This document shows positions 25,987 to 34,102 of a stretch of DNA of 35,600 bases, piece after piece. Numbering within the stretch: the first letter of the stretch is position 1; each line of letters opens with the position of its first letter. The stretch comes from a virus (taxonomy: Duplodnaviria > Caudoviricetes), in IMG/VR virus record IMGVR_UViG_3300020120_000062, positions 1-35,600 of that record, one strand, 5' to 3'. The notes under the pieces are model-generated. The model was not told where the DNA came from. It was given only the letters and a program-made list of their open reading frames with translations, and ran no database searches. Made by a program: the position numbers and the translations under genes.

Positions 25987-26208
25987 GCCTACTCCACGCG
26001 CTGATCGCGTGTGTTTCCGTTCCGTTTCGTATTTTGGAGAGACGGTCGCCGAGCTATGCGGCGGAAAATCTATTGCAGTATCAACGACGTGCGTGGTGGG
26101 CGCTGTAGGGATTGAACCTACGACCTCTCCAGTGTGAAGGGAGTCATTTATCGCGCCGGAATAAAGGCTTGCGGTCATCGTGTCGTTCTTTCCACGTCGG
26201 GTCCACGC
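25981..26208. repeat. Putative integrase arm-type sites (tandem TCCACG pairs) flanking the attP core
   Basis: GTCCACGCCTACTCCACGC (25981-25999) and TTCCACGTCGGGTCCACGC (26190-26208). Confidence 0.6.
26094..26144 (-). other. attP core: 3' half of tRNA-Val(CAC)
   Basis: ACTCCC-TTCACAC-TGGAG-AGGTC-GTAGGTTCAATCCCTAC-AGCGCCCACCA gives anticodon loop, T arm and CCA with no D arm or 5' acceptor strand; adjacent to int. Confidence 0.9.
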
Positions 26209-26214
26209 ATCGAG

Positions 26215-27261
26215 CTATGCCTTTTTCGGCAATGGCACCGGCAGGCGATCGGCGCGGCGGGCCTCTTCGCTCACATCGAGGTGCACGTAGCGATAGGCCG
26301 AGCTCGCGTCGGCCCAGCGTCCGGTCCCGGTCAGGCCGTGCGCGTCGAGCCCGCCGTAGCGCGCCATCCAGGTGCCGTAGGTGTGGCAGAACAGGTGGAA
26401 GCCGTTCTGCCGTTTCGGCTTGGTGGCGCCGGCCGCGGCGAGCGCGGCGTGCAGCAGGTCGTAGAGATGGCCGCCGGGGTGAAAGCGGAAGATGCGCTCA
26501 TCGGGATCCCGGTCGAGCCCGCGCGGATGATTGGCGAGCGACACGACGACGTGCATCGGCAGGTAGACCATGCGCGGCGCGCCGGTCTTGGTGCGGCCGA
26601 CATAGAGCGTCTGGCGGCCGACGTCGAGGTCGCGCAGCCGCGGGCGCAGGCTCTCGCGCAGCCGCAGGCCGGTGTAGGGCAAGAGGTCGAGATAGACGCC
26701 GAACTCGGGATCGAGCGCGTCGGCGGCGGCGAGCACGGCGAACAGCTGCGCCGGCTCGAGCCACGCGGTCGCGCGGGCGCCGCGCCAGCCCTTCGGCCTC
26801 ATGATCTTCATCTGCCGGCCGGCGCGATGGATCACCGCGGCGACCGGCGTGTAGAATTCCCGGTTCAGCGTCGGCGGCGGCACGCCCGGGAACAGCGCGG
26901 CGGCGGCGTTGTCGATCATCACCTGGTCGATCTCCGTTACCGGCACGCCACGCAACGCGAACTCGCCGGTCATCTCGATGATCGGCCCGAGGCGCTTGCG
27001 CTCGCCGCCCGCCTGCATGTAGGCGAGCGCGGCGTCGAGAAACGTCAGGCCGCCGGCGGCCGGGGCGGCGGCGTCGGCCGCGCCTTTCGGGTCGACATAC
27101 TCACCACGTTCGATCTGTCCTCGCCACAGGTTGAGGATGCGGTTCGCCGCGACTCGCCGATCAGTTTCCGTGCTGCGGTCAACTTCGACTCCAAGGTAGC
27201 GTCCCCGGACACGGTAATACGGCGTTTTGCCTTTGCGCGGGTCTTCGAGCCATAGGGGCAC
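26215..27261 (-). CDS. int: Tyrosine integrase
   Basis: YTGLRLRE, RTKTG, FHLFCHT (HxxR variant), GRW and AYRYVH motifs; next to attP. Confidence 0.92.
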   Translation of the reverse strand: MPLWLEDPRKGKTPYYRVRGRYLGVEVDRSTETDRRVAANRILNLWRGQIERGEYVDPKGAADAAAPAAGGLTFLDAALAYMQAGGERKRLGPIIEMTGEFALRGVPVTEIDQVMIDNAAAALFPGVPPPTLNREFYTPVAAVIHRAGRQMKIMRPKGWRGARATAWLEPAQLFAVLAAADALDPEFGVYLDLLPYTGLRLRESLRPRLRDLDVGRQTLYVGRTKTGAPRMVYLPMHVVVSLANHPRGLDRDPDERIFRFHPGGHLYDLLHAALAAAGATKPKRQNGFHLFCHTYGTWMARYGGLDAHGLTGTGRWADASSAYRYVHLDVSEEARRADRLPVPLPKKA

Positions 27262-27443
27262 GCGAGAGCCCTCCGGATGCGTTCGACATCGTCCCAGGTC
27301 ATCACTCTACCCTGTCCGGCGGCGCGGACGTAGGGCTCGCCGCGGGCGTCCTGTGGATGGCGGCGGAGCCAGTCGCGGAACGCGCGCTCGGACTTGAACT
27401 GCAGCGCGGTCGCGGCCTCGGCGATGGTCGGGTAGGGAGTCAC
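27045..27443 (-). CDS. Putative excisionase (HTH) overlapping the int 5' end
   Basis: PTIAEAATALQFKSERAFRDWLRRH winged-helix-like pattern; GTGA overlap with the upstream gene. Confidence 0.65.
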   Translation of the reverse strand: MTPYPTIAEAATALQFKSERAFRDWLRRHPQDARGEPYVRAAGQGRVMTWDDVERIRRALACPYGSKTRAKAKRRITVSGDATLESKLTAARKLIGESRRTASSTCGEDRSNVVSMSTRKARPTPPPRPPAA

Positions 27444-27727
27444 GTTCCCCCCAAATGCTGCACGGACGCAGGGTTTGCCTGTTGCCGCAGCCAAGCCATG
27501 GCGGCGATGCGCAATGCCGACGAAAGGGCCTCGTGGGATGCGCGAGCGGCGTCGATATCGGTCACGAGGCACGCGAGCGGCACCTCGCGGGATCGCGCCA
27601 TCGCTCGCAGTTCGCGCCAGAACGCGGTCTCGATCGAGACGCTGGTCTTGTGGCCGGCGACGGCGATCGATCGCTTGATGATCACGCTGGGGCGGCGGAA
27701 TCGGCGGGGGAGCGTGGTCATGTCCAT
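27440..27727 (-). CDS. Ribbon-helix-helix (RHH_4-type) protein
   Basis: IKRSIAVAGHKTSVSIETAFW..L...A...LSSALR. Confidence 0.88.
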   Translation of the reverse strand: MDMTTLPRRFRRPSVIIKRSIAVAGHKTSVSIETAFWRELRAMARSREVPLACLVTDIDAARASHEALSSALRIAAMAWLRQQANPASVQHLGGT

Positions 27728-28182
27728 CAGGAGCCCCGAGGGTAAATCTTCTCAGCCTCACCCCGGCTGATCCACTTGACGTTGGTTCCCCACCTCTCCC
27801 CGGTCTCCCGATCGACAATCTCACCGCCCATCTTTTTCTTGATGCGGTCGTCGCGACCGCCGGGCAGCGGATTGGAAGATCGCTTGATGTCGCGGTGCTT
27901 GTCGCCGATGCGGTTGTTCTTGGCGAACAGCGGGGTGTCGTGCTGGTTGTTCCAGATTTGGTTGCACTTGCGGTGCGCGATCTGCGAGGGCGGCTGTTCG
28001 GACAGCCATCGCGGGTTCTGCGGATCGTGCGAGGCGTCCCACAATTGCCCCGGCAGGATCGGATGCGGGCAGAGATTGCAGGCGGGGTGCTCGCGGCCGG
28101 CGGCGTGAGCGGCTGTGACGGCGGACTCGTAGAGCGCGCGGCGCTGGGTGGTGGTGAGACGGTTGCGATGGGGGCGCATCAT
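27727..28182 (-). CDS. HNH-like endonuclease
   Basis: CNLC...WDASH...AHRKCN. Confidence 0.7.
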   Translation of the reverse strand: MMRPHRNRLTTTQRRALYESAVTAAHAAGREHPACNLCPHPILPGQLWDASHDPQNPRWLSEQPPSQIAHRKCNQIWNNQHDTPLFAKNNRIGDKHRDIKRSSNPLPGGRDDRIKKKMGGEIVDRETGERWGTNVKWISRGEAEKIYPRGS

Positions 28183-28307
28183 GGCAGCAGCACCCCGGCG
28201 AGCGAGGCGGCGGCAATAGCGACGAACACCAGCACCAGAAGTGTGGCGCGGGTGGCGACCTGATCGCCCATGGCGAGGTCGCAGAGATAGCGGCGGGTCC
28301 GGGTCAC
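28179..28307 (-). CDS. Small membrane protein
   Basis: GTGA and ATGA overlaps; C-terminal TM. Confidence 0.45.
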   Translation of the reverse strand: MTRTRRYLCDLAMGDQVATRATLLVLVFVAIAAASLAGVLLP

Positions 28308-28504
28308 GCCGCCACCCCTTCCTTCGCTTCCGCCGCTTCCCGTTCCCGCCGGGCGATCCATGTCGTGATGATCGCCAGACAGTCGGTCAGCGACTCCCGG
28401 GTGTCTGTCGCGAGCGCATGGGAGAGAAGATCAAGGGTGCGGGCGTGCTCGTCGCGAAGCTCGGCGACGGTCATGTCGCGGTAGGGGATGAGGCGATTGG
28501 TCAT
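28304..28504 (-). CDS. Hypothetical protein
   Basis: 66 aa helical ORF. Confidence 0.55.
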   Translation of the reverse strand: MTNRLIPYRDMTVAELRDEHARTLDLLSHALATDTRESLTDCLAIITTWIARREREAAEAKEGVAA

Positions 28505-28630
28505 GACAGCACCAAGCGATAGACGATCGTGACAGCGCCGATGCACGCGAGCCAAGCGGCCAGTGCAATCGCGATCGAGAGAAGGCTCGGCCGCCATACC
28601 TCGGGCTGCGGCGGCTCGGGGAATCCAAAG

Positions 28631-29167
28631 TTACGCTTGATCATCGGCCGCCCCTGACCTCGCCATCACGGTGCCGATCGCGGCTTGCGCTGCGTCGAGA
28701 TCGGCCGCCGCCTTCGGCGTCAACGCTTGCTCGATCGCCGCTTCGGCCTGCGCTACGGCTGCGGCTTTGGTCTCTGGCCGTGTCTCGGTCGCGGGCTGCA
28801 CCTCGTTGCGCGCATCGATCGCCGCCTGCATGTGATTGGCGGCCTCCGCGCAGGTCGACGCGACGTGAACGAAGCTGGCAAGCTGCTGGTTGGCGATCTC
28901 GCCGCTACGGCGGAGCTTGTGGGCAAATGCGCGCAAGCCGTCCGAGGTCTCGTGCGCGGCCTCGTCGACCCGATCGGCGAGTTTCTCGATCTCTTCGGCG
29001 CTCATGTTGGTGAGTTCTTGGACGCTGGCGAGCGTGGCGGAGCCGAGTTGATGCGGGCCGGGCGGGGTGGGCTTGGGGCGAGGCGCGTAGGGGATTGGCG
29101 GCTCGGTGCGCGCGCCGACGCTGGCCTGCGGGCCGGGCTTGCGGCTGATCATGCTGGTGATGGACAT
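28631..29167 (-). CDS. Coiled-coil hypothetical protein, first gene of the PL operon
   Basis: GGGG RBS; helical Ala/Glu-rich sequence. Confidence 0.7.
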   Translation of the reverse strand: MSITSMISRKPGPQASVGARTEPPIPYAPRPKPTPPGPHQLGSATLASVQELTNMSAEEIEKLADRVDEAAHETSDGLRAFAHKLRRSGEIANQQLASFVHVASTCAEAANHMQAAIDARNEVQPATETRPETKAAAVAQAEAAIEQALTPKAAADLDAAQAAIGTVMARSGAADDQA

Positions 29168-29186
29168 GGGTTTCGTTCCCCGTGAG

Positions 29187-29202
29187 TGTTTCACGTGAAA
29201 CG
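29187..29202. promoter_or_regulatory. parS-type palindrome TGTTTCACGTGAAACG
   Basis: 15/16 match to the bacterial chromosomal parS consensus TGTTTCACGTGAAACA. Confidence 0.8.
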
Positions 29203-29204
29203 CC

Positions 29205-29256
29205 AAAATACCCAAATTATTTGTGTTGGCAAGCCCTAAACCAAAATAATTTGGGT
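29205..29256 (-). promoter_or_regulatory. PL-like promoter and two operators (OL)
   Basis: TTGCCA-16-TATTTT; operators ACCCAAATTATTTGTGT (29210-29226) and ACCAAAATAATTTGGGT (29240-29256). Confidence 0.8.
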
Positions 29257-29588
29257 CAGGAGGTCGCCCGCTTCCGTTTCGGGGGTGCCGCCGGTATCGT
29301 CCGGACGACCTGGCGGAACGTCTCTGCCAACTCATCGGCCCGCAGGCGCGGGAGCCCGTCATCCTTGCCGCGCCACAGCCAATCGAGCGAGATTTCCGGG
29401 AACTTGCGGACGATCGTGAACGCGACGTCTTTGCTCAACGCGCCATTGTTTTCGATATTGTTCCAGCGGTTGGGGCTGATGCCGATGGTGTCGGCAAAGG
29501 CGGTCGAGTTGCCGCCTGCATAGAGCCGGGTCAGCACCCGGCAGCGGAGCGCCACGTCATGGTCGTCATCGGTGCCGACATTCGCCAT
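29256..29588 (-). CDS. cI: CI-like XRE repressor (no S24 peptidase domain)
   Basis: STAFADTIGISPNRWNNIENN...ISLDWLWRG; divergent from cro; flanked by operators. Confidence 0.8.
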   Translation of the reverse strand: MANVGTDDDHDVALRCRVLTRLYAGGNSTAFADTIGISPNRWNNIENNGALSKDVAFTIVRKFPEISLDWLWRGKDDGLPRLRADELAETFRQVVRTIPAAPPKRKRATS

Positions 29589-29608
29589 CGACAGGCAGAG
29601 TGCGGCAT

Positions 29609-29671
29609 ATCCAAATTTCTTGGTACCAATGACTTTTTGGGCTTGCGGACCCAAATAATTTGGGTTATCTG
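29609..29671 (+). promoter_or_regulatory. PR-like promoter and operators (OR)
   Basis: TTGCGG-[ACCCAAATAATTTGGGT]-TATCTG, where the operator is exactly the 17-bp spacer; second site ATCCAAATTTCTTGGTA at 29609-29625. Confidence 0.8.
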
Positions 29672-29679
29672 ACAGAGTC

Positions 29680-29931
29680 ATGGACTCGCCACTTCGAGAA
29701 CTCACGACCACGGCCGAAGTCATCGAGGCGCTCGACGGCGCCGGCTCCGTCGCGCTGCTGACAGGCCGCACCACCACCAACGCGGTGCACAACTGGAAAT
29801 CCTTCGGCAAGTTTCCGTCCAACACCTTCGTAGTGATGCAGGAGGCATTGCGCGCCAAGGGATGCGCCGCGCCGCCGTCGCTGTGGGGCATGGTGGCGTT
29901 CCGCCCAGAAGACGCCGAGGCCGCCGAATGA
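29680..29931 (+). CDS. cro: Cro-like HTH protein
   Basis: VIEALDGAGSVALLTGRTTTNAVHNWKSFGKFPS; divergent from cI. Confidence 0.8.
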   Translation: MDSPLRELTTTAEVIEALDGAGSVALLTGRTTTNAVHNWKSFGKFPSNTFVVMQEALRAKGCAAPPSLWGMVAFRPEDAEAAE

Positions 29932-30394
29932 CCGCGCCCCGGAAAAACAATCACCTCGCCGCCACGCACCGGCGGCTGTCCCGCTTTGGTACGCATCTCT
30001 CGCCCCGGAACCTGTTCGTCGCCCGGGGGCCATCATCCTACCGCCTCGCATGTTACACAAATCACAATTTTTCGTTGCAGATATGCTGCGGAACTTGCCC
30101 CCTGCGGGTAATCCATAGCGCGTCGCTATGCGTATATTGGCGCGCATCGGTCAGCGATCATGACCTGACGTTGCGTTACCGTCATTTGTGCCTAGGCATT
30201 TTTGCTCGTCGGGCCGCGCCGGGCGCGTCCAGGTCCAATCGTCATCGCCAGATTCCCAGCTCGGCGCTGCTCCCCCTTGGGCTGTCGTCCTCTGCGGCGT
30301 TGCACCTGCGCCCGGACGTGTGTGGTCTAGCCGCCGCGCATCGTCCGGGCGCGCTTTCGGTTCGTCTCTGTGTGTACTGCGTCGGAGTTGGAAC

Positions 30395-30685
30395 ATGGCG
30401 GAAGCATGCGCGGGAGTGGCCGAACGGCCAATCGAAATGGGGGGAACGACGATTCCCCGGAGGGAACACCCGTTCCCCGATTTTGTCATCGTGGTGCGCG
30501 CCATCTGGCCGCGCAAGACGGCGGCGCATCTCGCCGCTGCGGCTGGCGTCAGCGAGCGCGCCGCAAAATTCTGGCTCGCTGGCGACCGCGAGCCGTCGCC
30601 CGAAGCCTTCAAAGCCGTCGTCGATCGCGTGTACCGCCGCCAGGGTGATCGCACTCACGGCCCCGCACGCGCGTCTCTCTCCTGA
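30395..30685 (+). CDS. HTH regulator in the CII position
   Basis: GGAG RBS; WPRKTAAHLAAAAGVSERAAKFWLAGDREPS. Confidence 0.7.
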   Translation: MAEACAGVAERPIEMGGTTIPRREHPFPDFVIVVRAIWPRKTAAHLAAAAGVSERAAKFWLAGDREPSPEAFKAVVDRVYRRQGDRTHGPARASLS

Positions 30686-30689
30686 ATCA
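30643..30689 (+). repeat. Bipartite motif copy C (GGGTGATCGCACTC-N24-CCTGAATCA)
   Basis: Exact 14-mer, 24-nt spacer, CCTGAA box; overlaps the end of the HTH gene. Confidence 0.9.
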
Positions 30690-30765
30690 TAAAACCTTCC
30701 TTGTCCCCGTAAGCGTCAGTTGCGTCCCCGCGTTCGTTTCCACCCTTAAAACCTCGGGGATTCCG

Positions 30766-31056
30766 ATGATGCTTGGTCGCGTCAACATGACTCGCGGTTG
30801 CGAGCGTCCCGCCAACTGCCGGGGCAAGCCCCCGACATTGTGCCGGCGATGCCGCGCGCGTGGCGCAGTCGAGAACGCGCAAACCGAGCGCCCGCCAAAG
30901 CTCGGCTCCGTCATCCGCATCGAGATCACAGCCGAACGCCGCCGACATCTGACCGCCATGGCGAAGGAAGTCGGAAAGACAGTCGACGAACTCGCATCGG
31001 GGTTGCTCAGTGATGTGATCGACGATGATGCGAAGGCGCATGGAGTACGGGCTTGA
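30766..31056 (+). CDS. Zn-finger plus RHH/CopG-like protein
   Basis: Cys cluster (C...C...CRRC), then IRIEIT...L..MAKE.GKTVDELA..LL. Confidence 0.6.
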   Translation: MMLGRVNMTRGCERPANCRGKPPTLCRRCRARGAVENAQTERPPKLGSVIRIEITAERRRHLTAMAKEVGKTVDELASGLLSDVIDDDAKAHGVRA

Positions 31057-32396
31057 CCGATCGCCTCGCCGAAGTCTCCCGCCTCGTCGCCGAAGGATAC
31101 GGCGACCGTCGTCTCGCCGAGCATCTCGGCATCACCCGGCATCAGGCGCGCAACCTGATGCGGGAAGCGGAGCGGGCAGCGGCGCCGTCAACTGCAATTG
31201 CGATCGTGGAGGGCGGCGTGCTCGCCCGCTACGAGGCCGCCTGCGTCGCGCTTGCCGCCGCCGTCAAGGCCGACGAGGTGATGACCATCCGGCTTGAGGC
31301 AAAGGCGATCGAGGCCGTTGCGCGCGTCGCCAAGAATTTGGACCTCGAACTACAGGCCCGCAAGCTGCGGACCCGCGCCGAAGTCCGGCTCGGCGAGATG
31401 ATCGAGCAGGGCGAGCGGGACGGCATCGTCGCCCGTCACGGCGGCCACAAGCCGAAGGAAGATTCCGAAATGGAAACTTCCTCCCGGCCGGCAACGCTCA
31501 AAGACATCGGCGTCGATCCCAAGCTTTCCGCCCGCGCTCGCAAGCTCAACGGCAGCGGCGCCCAGGCGGTCGCCCTCATGCTCGACCGGATGGAGACGGA
31601 AAGCCGTCAGCGTGGCCGCGTCGCCGTCAACGTGATCGACGCCGAGATCGGCAAGCGCAACACCGAGAGCCGCCGCCAACTCGCCCGCGAGCTCTCGGAC
31701 GCCTCGGTTGCGCTGAGCCGCACCGGCCGCAAGTTCCCCTGTCTCTACGCCGATCCTGCCTGGCGCCGCAAAGCCGGCATCGGCAATCGCGCCTACGAGA
31801 ACAGTTTCACCACCATGTCGTGGGACGACATTCTCGCCATGCCGGTCGCGGATCGCATGCTCCCCGATGCATGGGGCTTCGTGTGGATTCCCCGCGCGCA
31901 CCTACTCGCCGCTGTCGAGATCGAGATCGACACGCCGCTCGGCCGCTGCCGGATGAAGGTTCCGCTGGCCTGGGCGATCCAGATCAAATGGGGGTTCGAC
32001 AGCTATTCGACTTGCGCGGTCTGGACCAAGACCGACGACGAATTCCCCGATGACCAGGGCACCGGCCTCGTCTTCTATGACCAGGACGAATTGTTGCTCG
32101 TGTTCAAGCGCGGGCGCGGGCTGCCGAAACCCGACACCGACAAAAAATACGGATCGAACCATCGCGAGCGCGCGGGAGAGCGCTCGGCCAAGCCTTCGTT
32201 CTACCGCCAGATGATCACCGACATGACCGGCGGCCTCCCGGTGCTCGAACTGTTCGCCCGCGAAGACGACGCCCATCCGTTGCCGGCGAATTTCTTCACC
32301 TGGGGCAACCAATCGAATAACACGGCAGAGCAGCCGGACCCGCCGCACGATCCGCAGACCGGAGAGATTCTCGAGCCGGAGGACGAGGCCGCATGA
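31053..32396 (+). CDS. MT-A70 family adenine methyltransferase with N-terminal HTH/helical domains
   Basis: LYADPAW, WGF...VWTK, E.LL..KRG, SAKP, LELFAR and WGNQ motifs. Confidence 0.88.
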   Translation: MTDRLAEVSRLVAEGYGDRRLAEHLGITRHQARNLMREAERAAAPSTAIAIVEGGVLARYEAACVALAAAVKADEVMTIRLEAKAIEAVARVAKNLDLELQARKLRTRAEVRLGEMIEQGERDGIVARHGGHKPKEDSEMETSSRPATLKDIGVDPKLSARARKLNGSGAQAVALMLDRMETESRQRGRVAVNVIDAEIGKRNTESRRQLARELSDASVALSRTGRKFPCLYADPAWRRKAGIGNRAYENSFTTMSWDDILAMPVADRMLPDAWGFVWIPRAHLLAAVEIEIDTPLGRCRMKVPLAWAIQIKWGFDSYSTCAVWTKTDDEFPDDQGTGLVFYDQDELLLVFKRGRGLPKPDTDKKYGSNHRERAGERSAKPSFYRQMITDMTGGLPVLELFAREDDAHPLPANFFTWGNQSNNTAEQPDPPHDPQTGEILEPEDEAA

Positions 32397-33022
32397 GCGC
32401 CGAAACCATCCTCACGCTCGCCAACGGCCGCGGCATCGATCTCCGCGCCCCAAAACCGAGCGACATAGATTTCTCCGCCTACGCCGAGCATCTCGCGAAG
32501 GAAAAACGCTACAACGGCGCAACCCCGGGCGTCGAGTATTCGGTCGCGCAGCATCTCGTGGTCGGTGCCGATGCGATCCTGGTCGCAACCGGCGATGAAA
32601 CCCTCGCCGCCTATTTCGCTTTGCACGACGCCCCCGAGGCCGTGCTCAAGGACGACACCACCCCGAAGAAACGCGCGCTCGCCGAGGAATGCGAGCAATC
32701 GTTCGGCATCCTCGCCGAGCACGTGCTCGATGCGTTTCGCCGGATCGACGATCGCCATGACGCCGCGATCCACGCCGCCGCCGGCATGTTGTGGCCCGCA
32801 CCGGAATGGATGCGGGAGCGGGTGAAACACTGGGATCTGGTGATGTTCGTCACCGAATGGCGCGACCTGATGCCGGGCGTAGAACACCCGCACTGGGAAC
32901 CCTACCGCGATATCAAGCCGCTCTACACGACGATCATCCCATGGGGATGGGAGCGCGCGGCCTCGTCTCTGCTCGCGCGATGGCAACGGCTTTTGCCGGC
33001 GTTGAGGGCGGAGGCCGCATGA
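32393..33022 (+). CDS. HD-domain phosphohydrolase (YfbR-like 5'-deoxynucleotidase)
   Basis: RYNG...YSVAQH...LHDAPEA...D...P.K. Confidence 0.88.
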   Translation: MSAETILTLANGRGIDLRAPKPSDIDFSAYAEHLAKEKRYNGATPGVEYSVAQHLVVGADAILVATGDETLAAYFALHDAPEAVLKDDTTPKKRALAEECEQSFGILAEHVLDAFRRIDDRHDAAIHAAAGMLWPAPEWMRERVKHWDLVMFVTEWRDLMPGVEHPHWEPYRDIKPLYTTIIPWGWERAASSLLARWQRLLPALRAEAA

Positions 33023-33432
33023 CCGCCCCCTACACCCCCGCCAACGTCAACATCATCCGCAAGAACGCCGGCAAGGTCCCGGCCGCGATGATCGCCGAGG
33101 CGCTGGGCTGGCCGATGGATCGGCTTCGCCGGATCGCGGCGACGCACGGCCTAGACCTGGAAATACCGATCGACGCGGTTGCGCCAGCGCCGTTGCGTCC
33201 GGGGCCTGAGCGCGCGCCGCCGCCCGATCGCCGCTCCTGTCATTTCAGCGCGAACCTTCGCCCCGCCGACGCAAAAATCCTCCGCGACAAAGCCGAGCAA
33301 CGGTTCACCAATCCGAGCCGCCTGCTCGCCGAAGTGTTCGAGGGCGCCATCGCGCGCGGCAAGGTCGACGAGCTCGCGACCGCGGCCACGACCTATCGGC
33401 CGCAACTTTCACCCGATGCAGGAGGGGAGTGA
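33019..33432 (+). CDS. HTH plus RHH-like DNA-binding protein
   Basis: AAMIAEALGW N-domain; FSANL...L...A...NPSRLLAEVFE C-domain. Confidence 0.6.
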   Translation: MTAPYTPANVNIIRKNAGKVPAAMIAEALGWPMDRLRRIAATHGLDLEIPIDAVAPAPLRPGPERAPPPDRRSCHFSANLRPADAKILRDKAEQRFTNPSRLLAEVFEGAIARGKVDELATAATTYRPQLSPDAGGE

Positions 33433-33435
33433 CGC

Positions 33436-33717
33436 ATGAAGAAACGCCCGGTCGACTGGCAACGCGCCCGCTCGCACGGCCAGCATTTCACCGCAGACGA
33501 GATCGCGATCATCCGAGACGGCTTCCGCGCCGGCCGTCTCACCCATGAGGTCGCCCGCGAATTGCAATGCGCGCCACGCTCGGTCGATGCCCGCTATGCG
33601 GCGCTGCGCGGCGACGATAGCTCCTACGCCGATCGCCGCCGCAAACCCCAGCCGCCGCCGAAGACCCACGCACTCGGCGCCGCCCGGTTCTACAAGTCCG
33701 ACTTTGTCCCAAGGTAG
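33436..33717 (+). CDS. GcrA-N/Myb-like HTH protein
   Basis: FTADEIAIIRDGFRAGRLTHEVARELQCAPRSV; GGAGGGGAG RBS. Confidence 0.6.
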   Translation: MKKRPVDWQRARSHGQHFTADEIAIIRDGFRAGRLTHEVARELQCAPRSVDARYAALRGDDSSYADRRRKPQPPPKTHALGAARFYKSDFVPR

Positions 33718-33763
33718 GGTGATCGCACTCCGCCAACCACAACCGCCCCTCTCTCCTGAACCA
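33717..33763 (+). repeat. Bipartite motif copy D (GGGTGATCGCACTC-N24-CCTGAACCA)
   Basis: Exact 14-mer, 24-nt spacer, CCTGAA box; intergenic. Confidence 0.9.
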
Positions 33764-33826
33764 AACCTTGCTTCCTGTTCTGTTTCGTTGCGTCGCGTTT
33801 GTCCTGAACCAAAAAGAATCGAAGCG

Positions 33827-34102
33827 ATGAACGAGACGACCACAGCGGAAGCGATTCCGCAGGACACCGAGCGCGCCCCGCGCCATCGCTGGGGCGATCC
33901 TGTCCATTTCACTGCGGAAGAATGTGCCAACGGCTGCGAGCAGACCGAGCGCACGTGCCTCAATGGCTGCGGCACGGTCAAGATCACGGTGCACCCGCCG
34001 GAAGGATTCCCGTGGCCGGAGTGGCGCACGAGCGATCCTGGGCAATATCAGGGACGGCGCGCTGCAACGCCGCCGTGCCGGCCGAAGGGCAGGGCGCTGT
34101 GA
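33827..34102 (+). CDS. Hypothetical Cys/His protein
   Basis: RHRWG...TERTC..GCG.VKIT.H; GTGA overlap with the MTase. Confidence 0.65.
   Translation: MNETTTAEAIPQDTERAPRHRWGDPVHFTAEECANGCEQTERTCLNGCGTVKITVHPPEGFPWPEWRTSDPGQYQGRRAATPPCRPKGRAL

Noticed and set aside
26094-26170. Complete tRNA-Val gene
   Set aside because: 5' acceptor strand and D arm are missing, and the anticodon stem has a mismatch; best read as attP.
29589-29996. N-terminal extension of cI in the 246-aa ORF
   Set aside because: Would run through the operators and antisense to cro; ATG at 29588 fits better.
29928-30394. Long ORF 29862-30692 and a possible lambda CII TTGC-N6-TTGC site
   Set aside because: Protein composition is unconvincing and no proper repeat was found; left as probable regulatory spacer.
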